Assembly (NCBI GenBank): GCA_016196605.1
Contig: JACPXJ010000002.1
Span: 1-37,365, forward strand
Direction of reading: 5' to 3'
From: Candidatus Nomurabacteria bacterium
GTDB lineage: Bacteria > Patescibacteriota > Minisyncoccia > Phycocordibacterales > UBA9973
Length of the DNA stretch: 37,365 nucleotides
Position 1 is the first letter of the stretch. The number at the start of each line of letters is the position of its first letter. This document shows positions 1 to 8,917 of this stretch, piece after piece. The translations under genes and the position numbers were made by a program. The notes under the pieces were generated by a model. It made no database searches. It worked only from the letters and a program-made list of their open reading frames with translations, and was not told where the DNA came from.

Positions 1-21
1 GTTTCCTTAAGGATTAAGGAA

Positions 22-312
22 TTAAACGAGTTCGATTTTTTTATCTAGAGCAGTGGCTATTTTACTAATAGTGGTAAAAGATAACCCTTGTCTCCCACTT
101 TCAAGCCGCGCTATGACTGATTGCGGCATATCTGCTTTTTTAGCAAGATTCTTCTGGGTCATTTTTTTAGCCAGCCGAGCTTGTTTTATCTGATGAACCA
201 TGCTTAGTCTGGCTACCTCTTTTTCATAGCCTTCCTTGAAGCCCTTTTGCTTCATTTGCTTTTTTAACACTTCTTCAAATGTATAAAATTTGTGTCCAGC
301 TATTATTTTCAT
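22..312 (-). CDS. XRE-family HTH protein, probable HigA-type antitoxin
   Basis: HTH_3 signature IKQARLAKKMTQKNLAKKADMPQSVIARLESG; start overlaps the stop of the upstream toxin-like gene by 4 nt. Confidence 0.85.
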   Translation of the reverse strand: MKIIAGHKFYTFEEVLKKQMKQKGFKEGYEKEVARLSMVHQIKQARLAKKMTQKNLAKKADMPQSVIARLESGRQGLSFTTISKIATALDKKIELV

Positions 313-629
313 ATATTTTGATTAAATTGAATAAAAGATTTATAAAATTTTGATGCTGATTCTATTTCTAATTTAGGAGTCTTGTTACTTTTCTTGATAA
401 ATATTCTTATAAAGTATATTTCGGATCGATGGATGAAGAAAATTAATCTATATTTTTTGACTTTTAATTCTTTTAAGATATTAGTCAGCTGTTTTACATA
501 AACTTCTTTAAATTTCTTATTACCTAAAAGATTTATCGCCCCGAGAATTTTGTTCTGTTCTTTCACTGAAAGAGCTTCAACAAATTCGAGAACATCATCC
601 ATGATGACAACACTAAACTTGGCATCCAT
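309..629 (-). CDS. RelE/ParE-superfamily (Gp49-like/HigB) toxin
   Basis: 106 aa with ELKVKKYRLIFF...FIKKSNKTPKLEIE, typical of Gp49/HigB; toxin-before-antitoxin order. Confidence 0.8.
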   Translation of the reverse strand: MDAKFSVVIMDDVLEFVEALSVKEQNKILGAINLLGNKKFKEVYVKQLTNILKELKVKKYRLIFFIHRSEIYFIRIFIKKSNKTPKLEIESASKFYKSFIQFNQNI

Positions 630-663
630 TACTTAATTATATTACAATCGCTCGACAAAATCG

Positions 664-693
664 AGTATAGCAAATTTGCTATACTGTTGTCAA
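664..693 (-). promoter_or_regulatory. Sigma70-type promoter of the TA operon overlapped by a perfect 22-bp palindromic operator
   Basis: Minus strand TTGACA(693-688)-N18-TATACT(669-664); palindrome AGTATAGCAAATTTGCTATACT at 664-685. Confidence 0.75.
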
Positions 694-724
694 GCTGGGT
701 TCTGTCTAGGTCTTGCTAGACGTT

Positions 725-1774
725 TTATTTCCTCCCCGCAATGATAGTCTCAGCAACGTTCTGAGGCACCATATCGTATCTAAAAAATTCCATGGTAAAT
801 GAAGCGCGGCCTTCGGTCATGGAGCGAAGTCCGGTCATGTAGCCGAACATTTCGGAAAGAGGCACGATCGCTTTGATGACTTTGTTCATACCGCGGTCTT
901 CCATGCCTTCGATCAGCGCGCGCTTGGAAGAAAGGTTGCCTGTTACGTCTCCCATGAATTTCTCGGGAGTAACGACCTCCACCTTCATCATCGGCTCGAG
1001 AATGACTGGGTTCGCTCTTTTGCACGCATCCTGCACGGCCATCGAGGCCGCGATCTTGAACGCCATTTCATTCGAGTCCACTTCGTGATAACTTCCGTCC
1101 CAAAGGTCTACCGACACGTTAACTATTTTGAATCCAGCCAAAACTCCCCGATCCAGGCCCTCCTTGAATCCTTTTTCACAAGGCGCGATATATTCCTGCG
1201 GGATGACACCTCCCTTAATAGAGTTGACGAACTCAAAACCAGGAGATCTCTTGGTATTCTTAGGCAAATATTCCAGTTCTTCTTTGGTAAGCACTTCCAT
1301 CGGCTTCACTTTGATCTTCACGTGGCCATAGTTTCCGCGTCCGCCGGACTGCTTGATGTACTTGCCTTCGGCTTCAGAACGGCCGTTGATCGTCTCACGA
1401 TATGCCACCTGTGGCTTGCCGACGTTTGCTTCCACGGTAAACTCGCGTTTCATGCGATCCACGATAATTTCAAGGTGCAGTTCACCCATGCCGGCAATAA
1501 TGGTCTCGCCGGTTTCCTGGTCAGTGCTTACTTTAAAAGTCGGATCCTCTTGAGCCAGCCTGTTCAAAGCCATGCCCATTTTTTCCTGATCCGCTTTAGT
1601 CTTTGGTTCGATGCGAAGAGATATGACCGGTTCCGGAAACACTATTCTATCCAAAATAATGGGATTTTCCTCATCACAAATAGTATCGGAAGTGATAGTA
1701 TCTTTGAGTCCGACCGCCGCCGCAATTTCTCCGGCAAAAACTTTTTTCACTTCTTCGCGGTCATTCGCATGCAT
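725..1774 (-). CDS. fusA: Elongation factor G, C-terminal part (this frame is open and EF-G-like back to about 1897)
   Basis: [53 protein letters not shown]; upstream in the same frame reads [17 protein letters not shown]. Confidence 0.95.
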   Translation of the reverse strand: MHANDREEVKKVFAGEIAAAVGLKDTITSDTICDEENPIILDRIVFPEPVISLRIEPKTKADQEKMGMALNRLAQEDPTFKVSTDQETGETIIAGMGELHLEIIVDRMKREFTVEANVGKPQVAYRETINGRSEAEGKYIKQSGGRGNYGHVKIKVKPMEVLTKEELEYLPKNTKRSPGFEFVNSIKGGVIPQEYIAPCEKGFKEGLDRGVLAGFKIVNVSVDLWDGSYHEVDSNEMAFKIAASMAVQDACKRANPVILEPMMKVEVVTPEKFMGDVTGNLSSKRALIEGMEDRGMNKVIKAIVPLSEMFGYMTGLRSMTEGRASFTMEFFRYDMVPQNVAETIIAGRK

Positions 1775-1839
1775 TCGGAGTATTCGGCCGATGCGCTCTT
1801 TATTGCGGGTGCGCGGATTATAAATATAACTGCCAGCCG

Positions 1840-2790
1840 TTAAGGTTCCAGAATATACCCGGAAGAAAATAAGCTGACCGACGAATGGATCCGTGGCAAA
1901 ACTGCCTTGATGTCGATAGGTGAAGGCAGATAGTCTATGACAGCGTCGAGAATCAGCTGCACTCCTTTATTCTTGAGAGCGCTTCCTGCGAATACTGGAA
2001 AAATCTGGTTTGCAATTACGGCTTTGCGAAGAGTCTTTTTTAATACGTCAAAACTCGGAATCATGCCTTCCAAATATTCTGTCATCATGGCATCGTCCGT
2101 CTCCACTATTTTTTCTATAAGTTCCGAATGATATTTATCTGCTTCGGCTTTGAGCTCTTCCGGAATTTCCTTTTCAATAATTTTATTGCCCATGTCCCCT
2201 TCAAAGTAGTACGCTTTCATGCAGAGGAGGTCGATCACGCCTTCAAATTTATCTTCCAGCCCGATAGGAATTTGCACGCGCACGGCTCGCTTGGAAAGTC
2301 TATCCAATATAGTCGCATAAGAATGTTCAAAAGAGGCGCCTGTTCGGTCGAGCTTGTTTATGAAACAAACTCGGGGCACTTTCGCTTCATCGGCGTAACG
2401 CCAATTGGTTTCTGATTGCGGCTCTACGCCAGCCACACCGTCAAATACGACGACCGCGCCGTCGAGCACGCGTAGGGAACGCTTTACTTCCACAGTAAAA
2501 TCAATATGTCCGGGAGTGTCAATAATATTAAAACGATGCTTCTTAGTTTTGTCGGCTGGTGCGTAGGTCGGCGTCCAAAAACAAGTCACGGCGGCGGCGG
2601 TAATAGTGATACCTCGCTCTCGCTCCTGTTCCATCCAGTCGGTCGTCGTCTCCCCCTCGTGAACTTCGCCTATTTTATGTTTGACCCCGGTATAAAAAAG
2701 CACGCGCTCGGTCGTAGTCGTCTTGCCCGCATCGATGTGCGCTATGATTCCAAAATTTCTAACTTTTTCTAAGGGATAGTCTCGTTCCAT
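1840..2790 (-). CDS. fusA: Elongation factor G, N-terminal GTPase part (frameshifted at about 1900)
   Basis: [44 protein letters not shown]; homology ends at ...IDIKAV. Confidence 0.95.
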   Translation of the reverse strand: MERDYPLEKVRNFGIIAHIDAGKTTTTERVLFYTGVKHKIGEVHEGETTTDWMEQERERGITITAAAVTCFWTPTYAPADKTKKHRFNIIDTPGHIDFTVEVKRSLRVLDGAVVVFDGVAGVEPQSETNWRYADEAKVPRVCFINKLDRTGASFEHSYATILDRLSKRAVRVQIPIGLEDKFEGVIDLLCMKAYYFEGDMGNKIIEKEIPEELKAEADKYHSELIEKIVETDDAMMTEYLEGMIPSFDVLKKTLRKAVIANQIFPVFAGSALKNKGVQLILDAVIDYLPSPIDIKAVLPRIHSSVSLFSSGYILEP

Positions 2791-2879
2791 AATTATTTAT
2801 TACTATTAAAAAATGCGCTTTTCGCGCTAAAAGTAATATATATTATTACCCCGCTTTTTGCAACAAAAGGATAGCGGGC

Positions 2880-2923
2880 AAAAAAGTAGGGCCGGGGCGA
2901 CTTGCGTCGCACCCCGATCCCTT
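2880..2923 (-). terminator. GC-rich hairpin with U-tract (probable intrinsic terminator)
   Basis: Minus strand CGGGGTGCGAC-GCAA-GTCGCCCCG...CCCTACTTTTTT. Confidence 0.6.
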
Positions 2924-3016
2924 CAGTGAAATAAGCAAGGATCAAGTTTACAGGTAGAGGGAAGACTGAAGGAAACTAAAAAACCTCGCGGTTCGTTAGA
3001 TTTTTTAGTTTCGTGT

Positions 3017-3478
3017 TTATTTCCCAAATTTTTCTATTAGAGCATCGAAATTTTTTCCGCATTCTTCAAATTTTTCAAAAACCTCAGGACCAGTACCAAG
3101 ATTAGGGGCAACTGAATTATAAATTTCACTACCTTTGTTTGTTAATTCACTTAAAACAAACATCGCTCCTGGATTTCCCTTTGATCTTTCTGTAACATCT
3201 TTTTCAATCTGCGAATCAACCCCCGCCCCATCTTCTTGTGTTTCTGGTGAACGTTCTTTGGGCCAAGAAGTCTTCACACGGTTATACACCGCCCGAATAG
3301 ACTTCTCATAAAAAAGCGGGAAAACGTTTCCGTTTGCCTTATATACTTTTTCTTTATTAAGCTCCCACTCTTTCTGGCTTTTACTTGATTCCATTAAAGC
3401 AACTACGCCTTCTTCTCTTGTTAAGAGAGATCCGCCTTCTTGTTTTTTAGATGAAGGTGGAAAGATTTTCTCAAACAT
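3017..3478 (-). CDS. Hypothetical protein (shares a roughly 45-aa domain with 4429-4650)
   Basis: 153-aa ORF with a consensus promoter upstream; EGVVALMESSKSQKEW...KANGNVFPLFY. Confidence 0.75.
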   Translation of the reverse strand: MFEKIFPPSSKKQEGGSLLTREEGVVALMESSKSQKEWELNKEKVYKANGNVFPLFYEKSIRAVYNRVKTSWPKERSPETQEDGAGVDSQIEKDVTERSKGNPGAMFVLSELTNKGSEIYNSVAPNLGTGPEVFEKFEECGKNFDALIEKFGK

Positions 3479-3510
3479 AATTTTATTAGTTATTTACGAA
3501 TAATACTCAA

Positions 3511-3539
3511 ATTATACCCCCCCCGACGTACCATGTCAA
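3511..3539 (-). promoter_or_regulatory. Consensus sigma70 promoter with a G8 tract in the spacer
   Basis: Minus strand TTGACA-tggtacgtcgggggggg(17 nt)-TATAAT. Confidence 0.8.
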
Positions 3540-3577
3540 ACTAGAAGGTGCAAAACACGTCAAATGGTAAAATAGAA

Positions 3578-3605
3578 CATATATGCGCGATAGCGTAAAT
3601 ATGTA
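3578..3605. repeat. Imperfect palindromic 28-bp site, copy downstream of the Cas2/PaaX-like gene
   Basis: CATATATGCGCGATAGCGTAAATATGTA; 24/28 identical to 4015-4042. Confidence 0.75.
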
Positions 3606-3615
3606 AAAGGAAATT

Positions 3616-3993
3616 TTACTTAAATACACTTTCCTTCCCTGTATAAGCTTTTGCTAGTTTGAATGTCTTTAAATGGTCCTGTAAGCCAATTTCTTTGACA
3701 TAATCAAGAAATTCTTTCGGGAGAGGAGATGGACCAACCCAGACGCTTCTTTGGATCATTATATAATCAAAGTTTTTTAACTGGCGACGAAACCAATCTC
3801 TTTCTTTTTTCTTTTCTTCAACTACGTCATACATCAAAATCAGATTTTTCGGAGAATCTTTTATAAACGGTGAGCAAAAAGCTGTATGGTAAAAATTTCG
3901 CTTCCTGTTCTTCTTCTTTACGCGCCTTCGATGACTGTCTCCAAAAACTGGCAGACCAAAAGCATTTACCCGCATCCCTTTGTAATAAGCCAT
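3616..3993 (-). CDS. Stand-alone Cas2-like / PaaX-central-domain-like protein
   Basis: LILMYDVVEEKKKERDWFRRQLKNFDYIMIQRSVW matches the YD...R..L....Q.SVW pattern of Cas2/VapD/PaaX; no CRISPR array or other cas genes seen. Confidence 0.75.
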   Translation of the reverse strand: MAYYKGMRVNAFGLPVFGDSHRRRVKKKNRKRNFYHTAFCSPFIKDSPKNLILMYDVVEEKKKERDWFRRQLKNFDYIMIQRSVWVGPSPLPKEFLDYVKEIGLQDHLKTFKLAKAYTGKESVFK

Positions 3994-4014
3994 CAGTTAA
4001 TTATACACCGAGCG

Positions 4015-4042
4015 CATATATACGCTATAGCGTAAATGTGCA
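4015..4042. repeat. Palindromic 28-bp site, copy upstream of the Cas2/PaaX-like gene
   Basis: CATATATACGCTATAGCGTAAATGTGCA with perfect 14-bp core TACGCTATAGCGTA (4021-4034). Confidence 0.8.
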
Positions 4043-4064
4043 TACTGAAGAATAAGTTATAGAC

Positions 4065-4103
4065 AAAAAGCAGGGCTAGCGCGACCTCGGTCGCACTAGC
4101 CCT
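4065..4103 (-). terminator. Intrinsic terminator
   Basis: Minus strand AGGGCTAGTGCGAC-CGAG-GTCGCGCTAGCCCT-GC-TTTTT, just after the small ORF stop at 4115. Confidence 0.75.
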
Positions 4104-4114
4104 CTCTTGATGAC

Positions 4115-4249
4115 TCACAATCCATCTCGCGCATCTGCCACAGAGATCACCAACTTGGCTGCCCTCCGGATCTGTGCACGTTGAACTTTCTTCGACACAG
4201 CTACAAGCCGTTGTCTGCGAAGAATTTTCTCCTTGCTCGGATGTTTCAT
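4115..4249 (-). CDS. Small basic hypothetical protein (44 aa, MKHPSKEKILRRQR...)
   Basis: Strong Shine-Dalgarno AAGGAGGT just upstream of ATG 4249 and a terminator directly downstream. Confidence 0.6.
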   Translation of the reverse strand: MKHPSKEKILRRQRLVAVSKKVQRAQIRRAAKLVISVADARDGL

Positions 4250-4428
4250 TTTTACCTCCTTCCTTTTTTGATAGTTAAGAACAAGTCCACTCCCTCTAAA
4301 CAAAAACACCGCCTAGAGGGCTGGTGTTCGAGTTGTAAGTTTGTTTTTGAGATTTTTACAGCACAAATATCAGCCTTCTAGAAATAGTGAGGCTGAGGAG
4401 GAGGGCTCCGAAATTAGATTGTTTTTTA

Positions 4429-4650
4429 TTATTGTACATTTGTGCGAAAAGACTTGAACTTCTCATCTAAATATTCTTTAAAACTAGCTTCTTTCCAAAA
4501 AGGTGGAAAGGTGCCGCCATTTGCTTCTATCACTTTCTCGATACCTTGAGACAGTTCTCTCCTGCTTTGGCTTGATTCTATCAAGGCAATCACACCATCT
4601 CTTGTCTTTAATTTATCTGTTTCTACTGATGTAGAAATTCTTTCCAACAT
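4429..4650 (-). CDS. Hypothetical protein (paralogous domain to 3017-3478)
   Basis: 73 aa; DGVIALIESSQSRREL...EANGGTFPPFW; GGAG upstream. Confidence 0.7.
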   Translation of the reverse strand: MLERISTSVETDKLKTRDGVIALIESSQSRRELSQGIEKVIEANGGTFPPFWKEASFKEYLDEKFKSFRTNVQ

Positions 4651-4674
4651 CTGTTCATTATACTCCTTAGGAGA

Positions 4675-5145
4675 TTACCACGCAAAATGCGCAAAAGCCT
4701 TGTTGGCTTCGGCCATCTTGTGGGTGTCTTCTTTCTTTTTGATTGCCGAACCCTCATTCTTTGAAGCTGCAATCAATTCATCGGCGAGCTTGATGTGCAT
4801 AGGCTTTCCCTTTCCACCCCTAGCAGCGTCGCGAATCCAGCGCATAGCGAGAGCCGTCTTTCTTTCTGCCCGGACTTCGATAGGTATCTGATAGTTGGCG
4901 CCGCCAATACGCTTGGAACGCACTTCGGTCGAAGGGCCGGCATTTTTCATCGCCAAATCAAAAATCTCCAGCGGATTTGGATTGCCGGTTTTTTCCTTGA
5001 TTACATCAAAAGCGGCATACATCACCTTGCGAGCGGTCTCCTTTTTGCCAGACCACATAATGTAGTTGATGAATTTCTCTAATTTTTGAGAATTATATAT
5101 AAAATCCGCGGCAACAATATTTTTATTTTTAACTTTTCTTCGCAT
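4675..5145 (-). CDS. rpsG: 30S ribosomal protein S7
   Basis: GKKETARK, EVRSKRIGGANYQIP, KKKEDTHKMAEANKAFAHF. Confidence 0.98.
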   Translation of the reverse strand: MRRKVKNKNIVAADFIYNSQKLEKFINYIMWSGKKETARKVMYAAFDVIKEKTGNPNPLEIFDLAMKNAGPSTEVRSKRIGGANYQIPIEVRAERKTALAMRWIRDAARGGKGKPMHIKLADELIAASKNEGSAIKKKEDTHKMAEANKAFAHFAW

Positions 5146-5194
5146 AGTTTTGTTTAAATTTATTTGCTAGTGCCTAGCGCCTAAAGCCTAATGC

Positions 5195-5617
5195 CTATTT
5201 CTTGACTTCCTTTGGTTTCTTATTACCGTACATCGATCTGCCCTGTCGTCTCTTTTCGACTCCCTGCGTATCTAGAACTCCGCGAACGATATGGTATCGG
5301 ACTCCAATCAAGTCCTTCACGCGTCCTCCGCGAATCATAACCACAGAGTGCTCCTGCAGATTGTGTCCTTCCCCTGGAATATACGCAGTAACTTCCATAC
5401 CGTTGGTGAGACGCACACGAGCAATCTTTCGTAGAGCCGAGTTTGGTTTCTTCGGAGTTGTAGTCGTAACTTTAGTGCAAACTCCCCGCTTGAAAGGTGA
5501 AGAGAAAAATATCGGTCGGTTCTTTAAAACATTAAAACCGCGCGTCAAAGCCACCGTCTTGTCTTTCGGATGCGATTTAACTCTCGGTTTCTTGATTAAT
5601 TGATTGATTGTCGGCAT
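5195..5617 (-). CDS. rpsL: 30S ribosomal protein S12
   Basis: [41 protein letters not shown]. Confidence 0.99.
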   Translation of the reverse strand: MPTINQLIKKPRVKSHPKDKTVALTRGFNVLKNRPIFFSSPFKRGVCTKVTTTTPKKPNSALRKIARVRLTNGMEVTAYIPGEGHNLQEHSVVMIRGGRVKDLIGVRYHIVRGVLDTQGVEKRRQGRSMYGNKKPKEVKK

Positions 5618-5670
5618 ATGGAAACAAAATAGCCCGTTAGGACTATGTGGATAATATACTATTTGGCAAG

Positions 5671-6291
5671 CTAAAATGCAAGACCGGTAAAAAGACTGAA
5701 GAGGAACGCCAGTACCGGTATTAGATACTTAGAAAAGAGGACGATAAAGACAAGAAGCAATATCAGCGAATATCGCTCGTAATTGATGATGAAATTAAAG
5801 GCGGATTCAGGCAAGAAAGAGAAAAGTATCTTCGAGCCGTCGAGCGGCGGAATCGGAACAAGGTTGAATGTCGCCAAAGCCAGATTTACCACAACGATAA
5901 TAGAAGTTATGAAATAAAAACCGGCGGGCAAAGACGCATCGGAAGTAAAGCGAATGATTAGCCCGAATATAATCGCGATGGCAAAATTCGAAAGAACCCC
6001 CGCCGAAGCGACAGCCAGACTCCCCCATTTTCTATTGCTCAAATTGTCCGGATTATAAGGCACTGGCTTGGCCCAGCCGAATAAAAATGGGGAATGAGAC
6101 AAAACTAAAAGTACCGGCAGAAGCACGGATCCGAAAAAATCTAGATGCTTGATAGGATTTAAAGTGAGCCTCCCCTCGTTCCGCGCGGTATTGTCGCCAA
6201 AATATTCGGCCATAAAACCATGCGCCACTTCGTGAATAACGATCGACATAACTAATACAGCTATATAAAAAATGGCATTCGTTGCATCCAT
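5671..6291 (-). CDS. Site-2 protease (peptidase M50)
   Basis: HEVAH and [12 protein letters not shown] motifs; start moved to MDATN (6291) to avoid overlap with rpmB. Confidence 0.92.
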   Translation of the reverse strand: MDATNAIFYIAVLVMSIVIHEVAHGFMAEYFGDNTARNEGRLTLNPIKHLDFFGSVLLPVLLVLSHSPFLFGWAKPVPYNPDNLSNRKWGSLAVASAGVLSNFAIAIIFGLIIRFTSDASLPAGFYFITSIIVVVNLALATFNLVPIPPLDGSKILFSFLPESAFNFIINYERYSLILLLVFIVLFSKYLIPVLAFLFSLFTGLAF

Positions 6292-6319
6292 GCAAACTTT
6301 ATGATACCATAAATCCGCA

Positions 6320-6568
6320 ATGAAAATATGCGCCATAACTAAAAAAGGTTCGATCATGGGAGGCGGTTACTCCAACAGAACCCGCGCCACCAAATTCAAC
6401 CCGACCGGCAAAGTCCGCAAATACCTCAATCTTCAAAAGAAGAGAGTTTTTATTCCTGAACTAAATAAATCCATCAGCATCAAAGTCTCCACTAAAGGCA
6501 TGCGCACAATGAAAAAAAACGGCGCTTACGCCACTCTCCTAAAAGCCGGATTAGTACAAGCTAGATAA
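6320..6568 (+). CDS. rpmB: 50S ribosomal protein L28
   Basis: MKICAITKK...KYLNLQKKRVFIPELNK...KVSTKGMRTMKK pattern of L28. Confidence 0.88.
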   Translation: MKICAITKKGSIMGGGYSNRTRATKFNPTGKVRKYLNLQKKRVFIPELNKSISIKVSTKGMRTMKKNGAYATLLKAGLVQAR

Positions 6569-6571
6569 CTC

Positions 6572-6611
6572 AAACAAAAAAACCCCGCGAGAAACGGGGT
6601 TTTTTTGTTTT
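6572..6611. terminator. Bidirectional intrinsic terminator
   Basis: AAACAAAAAAACCCCG-cgagaaa-CGGGGTTTTTTTGTTT between convergent genes. Confidence 0.85.
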
Positions 6612-7843
6612 TATGCTGGCACAAAAGTCAGCGCTGTTCCCTTCTTGCCCGAGCGGCCAGTTCGGCCGATGCGATGTACGTAGGTGTCATACGTCTGGGG
6701 CACGTCGTAATTGATGACGTGGGTTACATCCGGAATATCTAGTCCTCTTGCAGCCACGTCCGTTGCTATCAAGATATTTATCTGATCTTTTTTGAAAGAA
6801 TCAAGAATACGGATACGTTCGCGGCTTCTTTTGTCGCCATGGATGCCGCCTACTTTGAATCCAAATGCATGAAGTTCTTTAGCTAGGGTGTCCACACTGT
6901 GTTTCATCTCGCGGAAAATGAGAACTTTATCGGACCCATCTTTCTTCAAAACTTCATGCAGTTTTTCCAATTTTTCTTCTTTGCTTCGCACACGTATAAC
7001 ATCCTGATCAATGTTTTTTGCTGTTTCTCCTGAAATTACAGAAATAAAAACCGGGTCTTTTAAATATTGTTTAGTGAGCTTTCTGATTTCTGGAGAAAGA
7101 GTCGCTGAAAAGAAAAGGGTCTGGCGCTCTTTTGCAGTTTTGCCTATGATATAGACCATATCGTCCCGGAATCCCATGTCGAGCATTCGATCCGCTTCGT
7201 CTAGGACGACGCTGCGGCAAGTAGACAAATCTAAAACTTTCTGGTCGATCAGGTCCCGCAAGCGCCCCGGCGTGCCGATCACGAATGAGACTCCGAGTTT
7301 TATCTCCCGGATCTGTCTCCCAATCGGCAATCCTCCGACGCAGGCGACAGAATACATTCCGAAGCCAAAAGCAAGATTCCTGAAATCACTCTCGATCTGG
7401 AGCGCAAGCTCGCGGGTTGGCGCCATGATAAGAACTTTTTCTTTCTTACTTTGTCCTTTAGTTTTAAAAATTTTATCAATAAGCGGCAAAAGGAATGCTG
7501 CAGTCTTGCCTGTGCCGGTGTTGGCCATGCCGAAAACATCCTTGCCGGAAAGAACCACCGGTATGGATTGATCCTGGATAGGCCGCGGATGAATATATCC
7601 GGCTTTCAAAATATTTGTATTAAGCTGGGGGTCAAAAGGAAAATCAGCAAAAATGTGCGTAGATACATAAGGCTTTTCTTCGGCATAAACGGCTTTTTTT
7701 ACGAAACGAGAAAAATCTATGCGCTCGCCGCCAAATCTTTTTTTGCCTCCGCTTTTTGGTTTACCGCGAAAGCTAGGCCGAGAATTATTAAATTTCCTTA
7801 CTCCTCCAAATTTCTTTGGAGGTTTAGAGTGACGTTTGTACAT
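6611..7843 (-). CDS. DEAD-box RNA helicase
   Basis: ANTGTGKT, PTRELA, TPGRL, DEAD, SAT, ARGLD, HRIGRTGR. Confidence 0.97.
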   Translation of the reverse strand: MYKRHSKPPKKFGGVRKFNNSRPSFRGKPKSGGKKRFGGERIDFSRFVKKAVYAEEKPYVSTHIFADFPFDPQLNTNILKAGYIHPRPIQDQSIPVVLSGKDVFGMANTGTGKTAAFLLPLIDKIFKTKGQSKKEKVLIMAPTRELALQIESDFRNLAFGFGMYSVACVGGLPIGRQIREIKLGVSFVIGTPGRLRDLIDQKVLDLSTCRSVVLDEADRMLDMGFRDDMVYIIGKTAKERQTLFFSATLSPEIRKLTKQYLKDPVFISVISGETAKNIDQDVIRVRSKEEKLEKLHEVLKKDGSDKVLIFREMKHSVDTLAKELHAFGFKVGGIHGDKRSRERIRILDSFKKDQINILIATDVAARGLDIPDVTHVINYDVPQTYDTYVHRIGRTGRSGKKGTALTFVPA

Positions 7844-7887
7844 AATTGGTCACTCTCGTTTATTAATTAGTTGAGAATGATGCGATG

Positions 7888-7916
7888 AGTATAGCACTTT
7901 GCAACTTAATTGTCAA
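7888..7916 (-). promoter_or_regulatory. Sigma70 promoter for the helicase
   Basis: Minus strand TTGACA-N17-TATACT with extended -10 TG. Confidence 0.7.
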
Positions 7917-7953
7917 TGTTACGTAAACTGGTGAAGAAAAGTATACTAAGAAT

Positions 7954-8913
7954 ATGAAATCTTATGAGTTCCACAAAAACCCAGATAAAGAATATCTGTC
8001 CTTGATGCAGCACATTATAGATAATGGAGTTGAAAGAAAAGAGAGAACTGGCATAGGCACAAAAAGTGTCTTTGGACATCAGATGCGTTTCGATCTTTCT
8101 CTTGGCTTCCCTCTCTTAACTACTAAGAAAGTTTTCATCAAGGCTATAATCCATGAGCTTTTGTGGTTTTTGACTGGCGACACTAATATCAAATACCTGG
8201 TAAGAAATGACGTAAAAATATGGAATGAGTGGGCCTTTCAAGTTTATTTAGAAAAAAATAAGCTGGATAAAAAATTAGCGCGTTACTCCAAAGAATGGGA
8301 AGAAAAATTGAACTGGTTTGTTGAACAAATCAAAACTGATGATAAGTTTGCAGATGACTGGGGAGAACTTGGACCCATTTACGGCAAGCAATGGAGAAAA
8401 TGGGAGACCCCGAAAGGAAAGACCATCGATCAAATCCAAAATGTAATTGATATGCTAAAAAATGACCCATCTTCTCGTCGGATTATAGTAAGCGGATGGA
8501 ATGTGGGGGAGATTTTCGATCTTATCCATGATCACAACCATGCTCCGCCCCCATGTCATTCACTTTTTCAATTTCATGTTCTTGATGGGAAATTGTCATG
8601 CCAGCTCTATCAGAGAAGCGCAGATTTTTTCTTGGGTGTTCCATTCAATATAGCTTCCTATGCTCTACTCACGATGATGATAGCGCAAGTAACAGGATAC
8701 AAACTGGGTCATTTTGTATGGACAGGAGGAGATATCCACTTATACTTAAATCATTTGGAACAAGCCAAAGAACAGATATCACGCGAGCCTAAAAATTCAC
8801 CGAAAATGAAAATAAATGCGGACGTAAAAAATATATTCGATTTTAAATTTGAAGATTTTATATTAGAAAACTACGCTCCGCATCCTTCTATAAAAGCATC
8901 CATAGCAGTTTAA
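7954..8913 (+). CDS. thyA: Thymidylate synthase
   Basis: [45 protein letters not shown]. Confidence 0.98.
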   Translation: MKSYEFHKNPDKEYLSLMQHIIDNGVERKERTGIGTKSVFGHQMRFDLSLGFPLLTTKKVFIKAIIHELLWFLTGDTNIKYLVRNDVKIWNEWAFQVYLEKNKLDKKLARYSKEWEEKLNWFVEQIKTDDKFADDWGELGPIYGKQWRKWETPKGKTIDQIQNVIDMLKNDPSSRRIIVSGWNVGEIFDLIHDHNHAPPPCHSLFQFHVLDGKLSCQLYQRSADFFLGVPFNIASYALLTMMIAQVTGYKLGHFVWTGGDIHLYLNHLEQAKEQISREPKNSPKMKINADVKNIFDFKFEDFILENYAPHPSIKASIAV

Positions 8914-8917
8914 CAAC

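Noticed and set aside
1840-1910. Programmed ribosomal frameshift or intron in fusA
   Set aside because: Sequence is missing rather than added; a frameshift would not restore the roughly 28 absent conserved residues.
3578-4042. CRISPR-Cas locus suggested by the Cas2-like gene and a repeated 28-mer
   Set aside because: Only two imperfect copies about 410 bp apart enclosing a gene; no repeat-spacer array and no cas1 or effector genes.
5646-5654. DnaA box TTATCCACA upstream of rpsL (near-matches around 25350-25430) as an origin
   Set aside because: Isolated boxes without a dense cluster or adjacent dnaA/dnaN; insufficient for oriC.
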